A stretch of 64,000 nt of DNA from Eledone cirrhosa (Eukaryota), in contig OZ024740.1 in the NCBI GenBank assembly GCA_964016885.1, positions 440,386,001 through 440,450,000 of the forward strand. Direction: 5' to 3'. Shown here one piece after another: positions 37,601 to 52,600 of this stretch; the first letter of the stretch is position 1; each line of letters starts with the position of its first letter. A program made the position numbers and the translations under genes. Below the pieces are notes generated by a model. It made no database searches. It was given only the letters and a program-made list of their open reading frames with translations, and was not told the origin of the DNA.

Positions 37601-40600
37601 CTCAGTCTCAACTAGTAATGTCACCATACTACACTACTTCACTTTTCTCAGTCTCAACTAGTAATGACACCATACTACACTACTTCACCTTTCTCAGCCT
37701 CAACTAGTAACGACACCATACTACACTACTTTACCTTTTTCAGTCTCAACTAGTAATGACACCATACTACACTACTTCACCTTTCACAGTCTCAACTAGT
37801 AATGACACCATACTACACTACTTCACCTTTCTCAGCCTCAACTAGTAACGACACTATACTACACTACTTCACCTATTTCAGTCTCAACTAGTAACGACAC
37901 CATACTACACTACTTCACCTTTCTCAGTCTCAACTAGTAATGACACCATACTACACTACTTCACCTTTCACAGTCTAAACTAGTAACGACACGATACTAC
38001 ACTATTTCACCTTTCTCAGTCTCAACTAATAATAACACCATACTACACTACTTCACCTATTTCAGTCTCAACTAGTAACGACAGCATATTACACTATTTC
38101 ACCTGTCTCAGTCTCAACTAGTAACGACACCATACAACACTACTTCACCTGTCTCAGTCTCAACAAGTAACGACACCACACTACACTACTTTACCTTTCT
38201 CAGTCTCAACTAGTAACGACACCATACTACACTACTTCACCTTTCTCAGTCTCAACTAGTAACGACACCATACTACACTACTTCACCTTTCTCAGTCTCA
38301 ACTAATAACGACACCATACTACACTACTTCACCTTTCTCAGTCTCAACTAGTAACGACACCATACTACACTACTTCACCTTTCTCAGTCTCAACTAGTAA
38401 TGACACCATACTACACTACTTCACCTTTGTCAGTCTCAACTAGTAACGACACCATACTACACTACTTCACCTTTCTCAGTCTCAACTAATAACGACACCA
38501 TACTACACTACTTCACCTTTCTCAGTCTCAACTAATAACGACACCATACTACACTACATCACCTTTCTCAGTCTCAACTAATAACGACACCATACTACAC
38601 TACTTCACCTTTCTCAGTCTCAACGAATAACGACACCATACTACACTACTTCACCTTTCTCAGTCTCAACTAGTAACGACACCATACTACACTACTTCAC
38701 CTTTCTCAGTCTCAACTAATAACGACACCATACTACACTACTTCACCTTTCTCAGTCTCAACTAATAACGACACCATACTACACTACTTCACCTTTCTCA
38801 GTCTCAACGAATAACGACACCATACTACACTACTTCACCTTTCTCAGTCTCAACTAATAACGACACCATACTACACTACTTCACCTTTCTCAGTCTCAAC
38901 TAGTAACGACACCATACTACACTACTTTACCATTCTCAGTCTCAACTAGTAACGACACCATACTACACTACTTCACCTTTCTCAGTCTCAACTAATAACG
39001 ACACCATACTACACTACTTCACCTTTCTCAGTCTCAACGAATAACGACACCATACTACACTACTTCACCTTTCTCAGTCTCAACGAATAACGACACCATA
39101 CTACACTACTTCACCTATTTCAGTCTCAACTAGTAATGATACCATACTACAATATTTCACCTTTCTCAGTCTCAACTAGTAACGACACCATACAACACTA
39201 CTTCACCTTTCTCAGGCTCAACTAGCAACGACACCATACAACACTACTTCATCTTTCTCAGTCTCAACTAGTAACGAAACCATACTACACTACTTCACCT
39301 TTCTCAGTCTCAACTAGTAACGACACCATACTACACTACTTCACATTTCACAGTCTCAACTAGTAATGACACCATACTACACTACTTCACCATTCTCAGT
39401 CTCAACTAGTAACGACACTATACTACACTACTTCACCTTTCTCAGTCTCAAATAATAACGACACTATACTACACTACTTCACCTTTCTCAGTCTCAACTT
39501 GTAACGACACCATACAACACTACTTCACCTTTCTCAGGCTCAACTAGTAACTACACCATACAACACTACTTCACCTTTCTCAGTCTCAACTAGTAACGAC
39601 ACCATACTACACTACTTCACCTTTCTCAGTCTCAACTAGTAACGACACCATACTACACTACTTCACCTTTCTCAGTCTCAAACTAGTAATGACACCATAC
39701 TACACTACTTCACCTTTCTCAGTCTCAACTAGTAACGACACCATACTACACTACTTCAACTTTCTCAGTCTCAACTAGTAACGACACCATACTACACTAC
39801 TTCACCTTTCTCAGTCTCAACTAGTAATGATACCATACTACACTACTTCACCTTTCTCAGACTCAACTAGTAATGACACCATACTACACTACTTCACCTT
39901 TCTCACTCTCAACTAGTAACGACACCATACTACACTACTTCACCTTTCTCACTCTCAACTAGTAACGACACCATACTACACTACTTCACCTATCCCAGTC
40001 TCAACGAATAACGACACCATACTACACTACTTCACCTTTCTCACTCTCACCTAGTAATGACACCATACTACACTATTTCCCCTTTTTCAGTCTCAACTAG
40101 TAACGACACCATACTACACTACTTCACCTTTCTCACTCTCAACTAGTAACGACACCATACTACACTACTTCACCTTTCTCAATCTCAACTAGTAACGACA
40201 CCATACTACACTACTTCACCTTTCTCACTCTCAACTAGTAACGACACCATACTACACTACTTCACCTTTCTCAGTCTCAACTAGTAACGATACCATACTA
40301 CACTACTTCACCTTTCTCACTCTCAACTAGTAACGACACCATACTACACTACTTCACCTTTCTCACTCTCAACTAGTAACGGCATCATACAACACTACTT
40401 CATCTTTCTCAGTCTCAACTAGTAACGACACCATACTACACTACTTCACCTTTCTCAGTCTCAACTAGTAACGACACCATACTACACTACTTCACATTTC
40501 ACAGTCTCAACTAGTAATGACACCATACTACACTACTTCACCATTCTCAGTCTCAACTAGTAACGACACCATACTACACTACTTCACCTTTCTCAGTCTC

Positions 40601-43600
40601 AAATAATAACGACACTATACTACACTACTTCACCTTTCTCAGTCTCAACTTGTAACGACACCATACAACACTACTTCACCTTTCTCAGGCTCAACTAGTA
40701 ACTACACCATACAACACTACTTCACCTTTCTCAGTCTCAACTAGTAACGACACCATACTACACTACTTCACCTTTCTCAGTCTCAACTAGTAACGACACC
40801 ATACTACACTACTTCACCTTTCTCAGTCTCAAACTAGTAATGACACCATACTACACTACTTCACCTTTCTCAGTCTCAACTAGTAACGACACCATACTAC
40901 ACTACTTCAACTTTCTCAGTCTCAACTAGTAACGACACCATACTACACTACTTCACCTTTCTCAGTCTCAACTAGTAATGATACCATACTACACTACTTC
41001 ACCTTTCTCAGACTCAACTAGTAATGACACCATACTACACTACTTCACCTTTCTCACTCTCAACTAGTAACGACACCATACTACACTACTTCACCTTTCT
41101 CATTCTCAACTAGTAACGACAGCATACTACACTACTTCACCTATCCCAGTCTCAACGAATAACGACACCATACTACACTACTTCACCTTTCTCACTCTCA
41201 CCTAGTAATGACACCATACTACACTATTTCCCCTTTTTCAGTCTCAACTAGTAACGACACCATACTACACTACTTCACCTTTCTCACTCTCAACTAGTAA
41301 CGACACCATACTACACTACTTCACCTTTCTCAATCTCAACTAGTAACGACACCATACTACACTACTTCACCTTTCTCACTCTCAACTAGTAACGACACCA
41401 TACTACACTACTTCACCTTTCTCAGTCTCAACTAGTAACGATACCATACTACACTACTTCACCTTTCTCACTCTCAACTAGTAACGAAAGCATACTACAC
41501 TACTTCACCTTTCTCACTCTCAACTAGTAACGGCACCATACTACACTACTTCATCTTTCTTAGTCTCAACTAGTAACGACACCATACTACACTACTTCAC
41601 CTTTCTCAGGCTCAACTAGCAACGACACCATACAACACTACTTCATCTTTCTCAGTCTCAACTAGTAACGATACCATACTACACTACTTCACCTTTCTCA
41701 GGCTCAAATAGTAACGACACCATACTACACTACTTCACCTATCTCAGTCTCAACTAGTAATGATACCATACGACACTACTTCACATTTCACAGTCTCAAC
41801 TAGTAATGACACCATACTACACTACTTCACCATTCTCAGTCTCAACTAGTAACGACACCATACTACACTACTTCACCTTTCTCAGTCTCAAATAATAACG
41901 ACACCATACTACACTACTTCACCTTTCTCAGTTTCAAATATTAACGTCACCATACTACACTACTTCACCTTTCTCCGTCTCAACTAGTAACGACACCATA
42001 CTACACTATTTCACCTTTCTCAGTCTCAACTAGTAACGACACCATACAACACTACTTCACCTTTCTCAGGCTCAACTAGTAACGACACCATACAACACTA
42101 CTTCATCTTTCTCAGTCTCAACTAGTAACGAAACCATACTACACTACTTCACCTTTCTCAGTCTCAACTAGTAACGACACCATACTACACTACTTCACAT
42201 TTCACAGTTTCAACTAGTAATGACACGAATACTACACTACTTCACCATTCTCAGTCTCAACTAGTAACGACACCATACTACACTACTTCACCTTTCTCAG
42301 TCTCAAATAATAACGACACTATACTACACTACTTCACCTTTCTCAGTCTCAACTTGTAACGACACCATACAACACTACTTCACCTTTCTCAGGCTCAACT
42401 AGTAACTACACCATACAACACTACTTCACCTTTCTCAGTCTCAACTAGTAACGACACCATACTACACTACTTCACCTTTCTCAGTCTCAACTAGTAACGA
42501 CACCATACTACACTACTTCACCTTTCTCAGTCTCAACTAATAACGGCACCATACTACACTACTTTACCTTTCTCAGTCTCAACTAGTAACGACACCATAC
42601 TACACTACTTTACCTTTCTCAGTCTCAACTAGTAACGACACCATACTACACTACTTCACCTTTCTCAGTCTCAACTAGTTAGAACACAATACTACACTAC
42701 TTCACCTTTCACAGTCTCAAACTAGTAATGACACCATACTACACTACTTCACCTTTCTCAGTCTCAACTAGTAACGACACCATACTACACTACTTCAACT
42801 TTCTCAGTCTCAACTAGTAACGACACCATACTACACTACTTCACCTTTCTCAGTCTCAACTAGTAATGATACCATACTACACAACTTCACCTTTCTCAGA
42901 CTCAACTAGTAATGACACCATACTACACTACTTCACCTTTCTCACTCTCAACTAGTAACGACACCATACTACACTACTTCACCTTTCTCACTCTCAACTA
43001 GTAACGACACCATACTACACTACTTCACCTATCCCAGTCTCAACGAATAACGACATCATACTACACTACTTCACCTTTCTCACTCTCACCTAGTAATGAC
43101 ACCATACTACACTATTTCCCCTTTTTCAGTCTCAACTAGTAACGACACCATACTACACTACTTCACCTTTCTCACTCTCAACTAGTAACGACACCATACT
43201 ACACTACTTCACCTTTCTCAATCTCAACTAGTAACGACACCATACTACACTACTTCACCTTTCTCACTCTCAACTAGTAACGACACCATACTACACTACT
43301 TCACCTTTCTCAGTCTCAACTAGTAATGACACCATACTACACTACTTCACCTTTCTCAGTCTCAACTAGTAACGACACCATACTACACTACTTCACCTTT
43401 CTCAGTCTCAACTAATAACGACACCATACTACACTACTTCACCTTTCTCAGTCTCAACGAATAACGACACCATACTACACTACTTCACCTTTCTCAGTCT
43501 CAACTAATAACGACACCATACTACACTACTTCACCTTTCTCGGTCTCAACTAGTAATGACACCATACTACACTACTTCACCTATTTCAGTCTCAACTAGT

Positions 43601-46600
43601 AATGATACCATACTACAATATTTCACCTTTCTCAGTCTCAACTAGTAATGACACCATACTACACTACTTCACCTTTATCAGTCTCAACTAATAACGACAC
43701 CATACTACACTACTTCACCTTTCTCAGTCTCAACTAGTAACGACACCATACTACACTACTTTACCTTTCTCAGTCTCAACTAGTAACGACACCATACTAC
43801 ACTACTTCACCTTTCTCAGTCTCAACTAGTTACGACACCATACTACACTACTTCACCTTTCACAGTCTCAAACTAGTAATGACACCATACTACACTACTT
43901 CACCTTTCTCAGTCTCAACTAGTAACGACACCATACTACACTACTTCACCTTTCTCAGTCTCAACTAGTAACGACACCATACTACACTACTTCACCTTTC
44001 TCAGTCTCAACTAGTAACGACACCATACTACACTACTTCACCTTTCTCAGTCTTAACTAGTAACGACACCATACTACACTACTTCACCTTTCTCAGTCTC
44101 AACTAGTAATGACACCATACTACACTACTTCACCTGTCTCAGTCTCAACGAATAAAGACACCATACTACACTACTTCACCTTTGTCACTCTCACCTAGTA
44201 ATGACACCATACTACACTACTTCACCTTTCTCAGTCTCAACTTGTAACGACACCATACTACACTACTTCACCTTTCTCACTCTCAACTAGTAACGACACC
44301 ATACTACACTACTTCACCTTTCTCAGTCTCAACTAGTAACGACACCATACTACACTACTTCACCTTTCTCACTCTCAACTAGTAACGACACCATACTACA
44401 CTAATTCACCTTTCACAGTCTCAACTAGTAACGGCACCATACTACACTACTTCATCTTTCTTAGTCTCAACTAGTAACGACACCATACTACACTACTTCA
44501 CCTTTCTCAGTCTCAACTAGTAACGACACCATACAACACTACTTCATCTTTCTCAGTCTCAACTAGTAACGACACTATACTACACTACTTCACCTTTCTC
44601 AGTCTCAAATAATAACGACACCATACTACACTACTTCACCTTTCTCAGTTTCAAATATTAACGTCACCATACTACACTACTTCACCTTTCTCCGTCTCAA
44701 CTAATAACGACACCATACTACACTATTTCACCTTTCTCAGTCTCAACTAGTAACGACACCATACAACACTACTTCACCTTTCTCAGGCTCAACTAGTAAC
44801 GACACCATACAACACTACTTCATCTTTCTCAGTCTCAACTAGTAACGAAACCATACTACACTACATCACCTTTCTCAGTCTCAACTGGTAACGACACCAT
44901 ACTACACTACTTCACATTTCACAGTCTCAACTAGTAATGACACCATACTACACTACTTCACCATTCTCAGTCTCAACTAGTAACGACACCATACTACACT
45001 ACTTCACCTTTCTCAGTCTCAACTAATAACGACACCATATTACACTACTTCACCTTTCTCAGTCTCAACTAGTAACGACACCATACTACACTACTTCACC
45101 TTTCTCAGTCTCAACTAGTAATGACACCATACTACACTACTTCACCTTTCTCAGTCTCAACTAGTAACGACACCATACTACACTACTTCACCTTTCTCAG
45201 TCTCAACTAATAACGACACCATACTACACTACTTCACCTTTCTCAGTCTCAACGAATAACGACACCATACTACACTACTTCACCTTTCTCAGTCTCAACT
45301 AATAACGACACCATACTACACTACTTCACCTTTCTCGGTCTCAACTAGTAATGACACCATACTACACTACCTCACCTATTTCAGTCTCAACTAGTAATGA
45401 TACCATACTACAATATTTCACCTTTCTCAGTCTCAACTAGTAATGACACCATACTACACTACTTCACCTTTCTCAGTCTCAACTAATAACGACACCATAC
45501 TACACTACTTCACCTTTCTCAGTCTCAACTAGTAACGACACCATACTACACTACTTTACCTTTCTCAGTCTCAACTAGTAACGACACCATACTACACTAC
45601 TTCACCTTTCTCAGTCTCAACTAGTTACGACACCATACTACACTACTTCACCTTTCACAGTCTCAAACTAGTAATGACACCATACTACACTACTTCACCT
45701 TTCTCAGTCTCAACTAGTAACGACACCATACTACACTACTTCAACTTTCTCAGTCTCAACTAGTAACGACACCATACTACACTACTTCACCTTTCTCAGT
45801 CTCAACTAGTAATGATACCATACTACACAACTTCACCTTTCTCAGACTCAACTAGTAATGACACCATACTACACTACTTCACCTTTCTCACTCTCAACTA
45901 GTAACGACACCATACTACACTACTTCACCTTTCTCACTCTCAACTAGTAACGACACCATACTACACTACTTCACCTATCCCAGTCTCAACGAATAACGAC
46001 ACCATACTACACTACTTCACCTTTCTCACTCTCACCTAGTAATGACACCATACTACACTATTTACCCTTTTTCAGTCTCAACTAGTAACGACACCATACT
46101 ACACTACTTCACCTTTCTCACTCTCAACTAGTAACGACACCATACTACACTACTTCACCTTTCTCAATCTCAACTAGTAACGACACCATACTACACTACT
46201 TCACCTTTCTCACTCTCAACTAGTAACGACACCATACTACACTACTTCACCTTTCTCAGTCTCAACTAGTAACGACACCATACTACACTACTTCACCTTT
46301 CTCACTCTCAACTAGTAACGACACCATACAACACTACTTCACCTTTCTCAGGCTCAACTAGTAACGACACCATACAACACTACTTCATCTTTCTCAGTCT
46401 CAACTAGTAACGAAACCATACTACACTACTTCACCTTTCTCAGTCTCAACTAGTAACGACACCATACTACACTACTTCACATTTCACAGTCTCAACTAGT
46501 AATGACACCATACTACACTACTTCACCATTCTCAGTCTCAACTAGTAACGACACCATACTACACTACTTCACCTTTCTCAGTCTCAAATAATAACGACAC

Positions 46601-49600
46601 TATACTACACTACTTCACCTTTCTCAGTCTCAACTAGTAACGACACCATACTACACTACTTCACCTGTCTCAGTCTCAACAAGTAACGACACCATACTAC
46701 ACTACTTCACCTTTCTCAGTCTCAACTAGTAACGACACCATACTACACTACTTCACCTTTCTCAGTCTCAACTAGTAACGACACCATACTACACTACTTC
46801 ACCTTTCTCAGTCTCAACTAATAACGACACCATACTACACTACTTCACCTTTCTCAGTCTCAACTAGTAACGACACCATACTACACTACTTCACCTTTCT
46901 CAGTCTCAACTAGTAATGACACCATACTACACTACTTCACCTTTCTCAGTCTCAACTAGTAACGACACCATACTACACTACTTCACCTTTCTCAGTCTCA
47001 ACTAATAACGACACCATACTACACTACTTCACCTTTCTCAGTCTCAACGAATAACGACACCATACTACACTACTTCACCTTTCTCAGTCTCAACTAATAA
47101 CGACACCATACTACACTACTTCACCTTTCTCGGTCTCAACTAGTAATGACACCATACTACACTACTTCACCTATTTCAGTCTCAACTAGTAATGATACCA
47201 TACTACAATATTTCACCTTTCTCAGTCTCAACTAGTAATGACACCATACTACACTACTTCACCTTTATCAGTCTCAACTAATAACGACACCATACTACAC
47301 TACTTCACCTTTCTCAGTCTCAACTAGTAACGACACCATACTACACTACTTTACCTTTCTCAGTCTCAACTAGTAACGACACCATACTACACTACTTCAC
47401 CTTTCTCAGTCTCAACTAGTTACGACACCATACTACACTACTTCACCTTTCACAGTCTCAAACTAGTAATGACACCATACTACACTACTTCACCTTTCTC
47501 AGTCTCAACTAGTAACGACACCATACTACACTACTTCAACTTTCTCAGTCTCAACTAGTAACGACACCATACTACACTACTTCACCTTTCTCAGTCTCAA
47601 CTAGTAACGACACCATACTACACTACTTCACCTTTCTCAGTCTTAACTAGTAACGACACCATACTACACTACTTCACCTTTCTCAGTCTCAACTAGTAAT
47701 GACACCATACTACACTACTTCACCTGTCTCAGTCTCAACGAATAAAGACACCATACTACACTACTTCACCTTTGTCACTCTCACCTAGTAATGACACCAT
47801 ACTACACTACTTCACCTTTCTCAGTCTCAACTTGTAACGACACCATACTACACTACTTCACCTTTCTCACTCTCAACTAGTAACGACACCATACTACACT
47901 ACTTCACCTTTCTCAGTCTCAACTAGTAACGACACCATACTACACTACTTCACCTTTCTCACTCTCAACTAGTAACGACACCATACTACACTACTTCACC
48001 TTTCACAGTCTCAACTAGTAACGGCACCATACTACACTACTTCATCTTTCTTAGTCTCAACTAGTAACGACACCATACTACACTACTTCACCTTTCTCAG
48101 TCTCAACTAGTAACGACACCATACAACACTACTTCATCTTTCTCAGTCTCAACTAGTAATGACACCATACTACACTACTTCACCTTTCTCAGTCTCAACT
48201 AATAACGACACCATACTACACTACTTCACCTTTCTCAGTCTCAACTAGTAACGACACCATACTACACTACTTTACCTTTCTCAGTCTCAACTAGTAACGA
48301 CACCATACTACACTACTTCACCTTTCTCAGTCTCAACTAGTTACGACACCATACTACACTACTTCACCTTTCACAGTCTCAAACTAGTAATGACACCATA
48401 CTACACTACTTCACCTTTCTCAGTCTCAACTAGTAACGACACCATACTACACTACTTCAACTTTCTCAGTCTCAACTAGTAACGACACCATACTACACTA
48501 CTTCACCTTTCTCAGTCTCAACTAGTAATGATACCATACTACACAACTTCACCTTTCTCAGACTCAACTAGTAATGACACCATACTACACTACTTCACCT
48601 TTCTCACTCTCAACTAGTAACGACACCATACTACACTACTTCACCTTTCTCACTCTCAACTAGTAACGACACCATACTACACTACTTCACCTATCCCAGT
48701 CTCAACGAATAACGACACCATACTACACTACTTCACCTTTCTCACTCTCACCTAGTAATGACACCATACTACACTATTTCCCCTTTTTCAGTCTCAACTA
48801 GTAACGACACCATACTACACTACTTCACCTTTCTCACTCTCAACTAGTAACGACACCATACTACACTACTTCACCTTTCTCAATCTCAACTAGTAACGAC
48901 ACCATACTACACTACTTCACCTTTCTCACTCTCAACTAGTAACGACACCATACTACACTACTTCACCTTTCTCAGTCTCAACTAGTAACGACACCATACT
49001 ACACTACTTCACCTTTCTCACTCTCAACTAGTAACGACACCATACAACACTACTTCACCTTTCTCAGGCTCAACTAGTAACGACACCATACAACACTACT
49101 TCATCTTTCTCAGTCTCAACTAGTAACGAAACCATACTACACTACTTCACCTTTCTCAGTCTCAACTAGTAACGACACCATACTACACTACTTCACATTT
49201 CACAGTCTCAACTAGTAATGACACCATACTACACTACTTCACCATTCTCAGTCTCAACTAGTAACGACACCATACTACACTACTTCACCTTTCTCAGTCT
49301 CAAATAATAACGACACTATACTACACTACTTCACCTTTCTCAGTCTCAACTAGTAACGACACCATACTACACTACTTCACCTGTCTCAGTCTCAACAAGT
49401 AACGACACCATACTACACTACTTCACCTTTCTCAGTCTCAACTAGTAACGACACCATACTACACTACTTCACCTTTCTCAGTCTCAACTAGTAACGACAC
49501 CATACTACACTACTTCACCTTTCTCAGTCTCAACTAATAACGACACCATACTACACTACTTCACCTTTCTCAGTCTCAACTAGTAACGACACCATACTAC

Positions 49601-52600
49601 ACTACTTCACCTTTCTCAGTCTCAACTAGTAATGACACCATACTACACTACTTCACCTTTCTCAGTCTCAACTAGTAACGACACCATACTACACTACTTC
49701 ACCTTTCTCAGTCTCAACTAATAACGACACCATACTACACTACTTCACCTTTCTCAGTCTCAACGAATAACGACACCATACTACACTACTTCACCTTTCT
49801 CAGTCTCAACTAATAACGACACCATACTACACTACTTCACCTTTCTCGGTCTCAACTAGTAATGACACCATACTACACTACTTCACCTATTTCAGTCTCA
49901 ACTAGTAATGATACCATACTACAATATTTCACCTTTCTCAGTCTCAACTAGTAATGACACCATACTACACTACTTCACCTTTCTCAGTCTCAACTAATAA
50001 CGACACCATACTACACTACTTCACCTTTCTCAGTCTCAACTAGTAACGACACCATACTACACTACTTTACCTTTCTCAGTCTCAACTAGTAACGACACCA
50101 TACTACACTACTTCACCTTTCTCAGTCTCAACTAGTTACGACACCATACTACACTACTTCACCTTTCACAGTCTCAAACTAGTAATGACACCATACTACA
50201 CTACTTCACCTTTCTCAGTCTCAACTAGTAACGACACCATACTACACTACTTCACCTTTCTCAGTCTCAACTAGTAACGACACCATACTACACTACTTCA
50301 CCTTTCTCAGTCTCAACTAGTAACGACACCATACTACACTACTTCACCTTTCTCAGTCTTAACTAGTAACGACACCATACTACACTACTTCACCTTTCTC
50401 AGTCTCAACTAGTAATGACACCATACTACACTACTTCACCTGTCTCAGTCTCAACGAATAAAGACACCATACTACACTACTTCACCTTTGTCACTCTCAC
50501 CTAGTAATGACACCATACTACACTACTTCACCTTTCTCAGTCTCAACTTGTAACGACACCATACTACACTACTTCACCTTTCTCACTCTCAACTAGTAAC
50601 GACACCATACTACACTACTTCACCTTTCTCAGTCTCAACTAGTAACGACACCATACTACACTACTTCACCTTTCTCACTCTCAACTAGTAACGACACCAT
50701 ACTACACTACTTCACCTTTCACAGTCTCAACTAGTAACGGCACCATACTACACTACTTCATCTTTCTTAGTCTCAACTAGTAACGACACCATACTACACT
50801 ACTTCACCTTTCTCAGTCTCAACTAGTAACGACACCATACAACACTACTTCATCTTTCTCAGTCTCAACTAGTAACGACACCATACTACACTACTTCACC
50901 TTTCTCAGTCTCAAATAATAACGACACCATACTACACTACTTCACCTTTCTCAGTTTCAAATATTAACGTCACCATACTACACTACTTCACCTTTCTCCG
51001 TCTCAACTAATAACGACACCATACTACACTATTTCACCTTTCTCAGTCTCAACTAGTAACGACACCATACAACACTACTTCACCTTTCTCAGGCTCAACT
51101 AGTAACGACACCATACAACACTACTTCATCTTTCTCAGTCTCAACTAGTAACGAAACCATACTACACTACATCACCTTTCTCAGTCTCAACTAGTAACGA
51201 CACCATACTACACTACTTCACATTTCACAGTCTCAACTAGTAATGACACCATACTACACTACTTCACCATTCTCAGTCTCAACTAGTAATGACACCATAC
51301 TACACTACTTCACCTTTCTCAGTCTCAACTAGTAACGACACCATACTACACTACTTCACCTTTCTCAGTCTCAACTAATAACGACACCATACTACACTAC
51401 TTCACCTTTCTCAGTCTCAACGAATAACGACACCATACTACACTACTTCACCTTTCTCAGTCTCAACTAATAACGACACCATACTACACTACTTCACCTT
51501 TCTCGGTCTCAACTAGTAATGACACCATACTACACTACTTCACCTATTTCAGTCTCAACTAGTAATGATACCATACTACAATATTTCACCTTTCTCAGTC
51601 TCAACTAGTAATGACACCATACTACACTACTTCACCTTTCTCAGTCTCAACTAATAACGACACCATACTACACTACTTCACCTTTCTCAGTCTCAACTAG
51701 TAACGACACCATACTACACTACTTTACCTTTCTCAGTCTCAACTAGTAACGACACCATACTACACTACTTCACCTTTCTCAGTCTCAACTAGTTACGACA
51801 CCATACTACACTACATCACCTTTCAAAGTCTCAAACTAGTAATGACACCATACTACACTACTTCACCTTTCTCAGTCTCAACTAGTAACGACACCATACT
51901 ACACTACTTCACCTTTCTCAGTCTCAACTAGTAACGACACCATACTACACTACTTCACCTTTCTCAGTCTCAACTAGTAACGACACCATACTACACTACT
52001 TCACCTTTCTCAGTCTCAACTAGTAACGACACCATACTACACTACTTCACCTTTCTCAGTCTCAACTAGTAATGACACCATACTACACTACTTCACCTGT
52101 CTCAGTCTCAACGAATAAAGACACCATACTACACTACTTCACCTTTGTCACTCTCACCTAGTAATGGCACCATACTACACTACTTCACCTTTCTCAGTCT
52201 CAACTTGTAACGACACCATACTACACTACTTCACCTTTCTCACTCTCAACTAGTAACGACACCATACTACACTACTTCACCTTTCTCAGTCTCAACTAGT
52301 AACGACACCATACTACACTACTTCACCTTTCTCACTCTCAACTAGTAACGACACTATACTACACTACTTCACCTTTCACAGTCTCAACTAGTAACGGCAC
52401 CATACTACACTACTTCATCTTTCTTAGTCTCAACTAGTAACGGCACCATACTACACTACTTCACCTTTCTCAGTCTCAACTAGTAACGACACCATACAAC
52501 ACTACTTCATCTTTCTCAGTCTCATCTAGTAACGACACCATACTACACTACTTCACCTTTCTCAGGATCAACTAGTAACGACACCATACTACACTACTTC

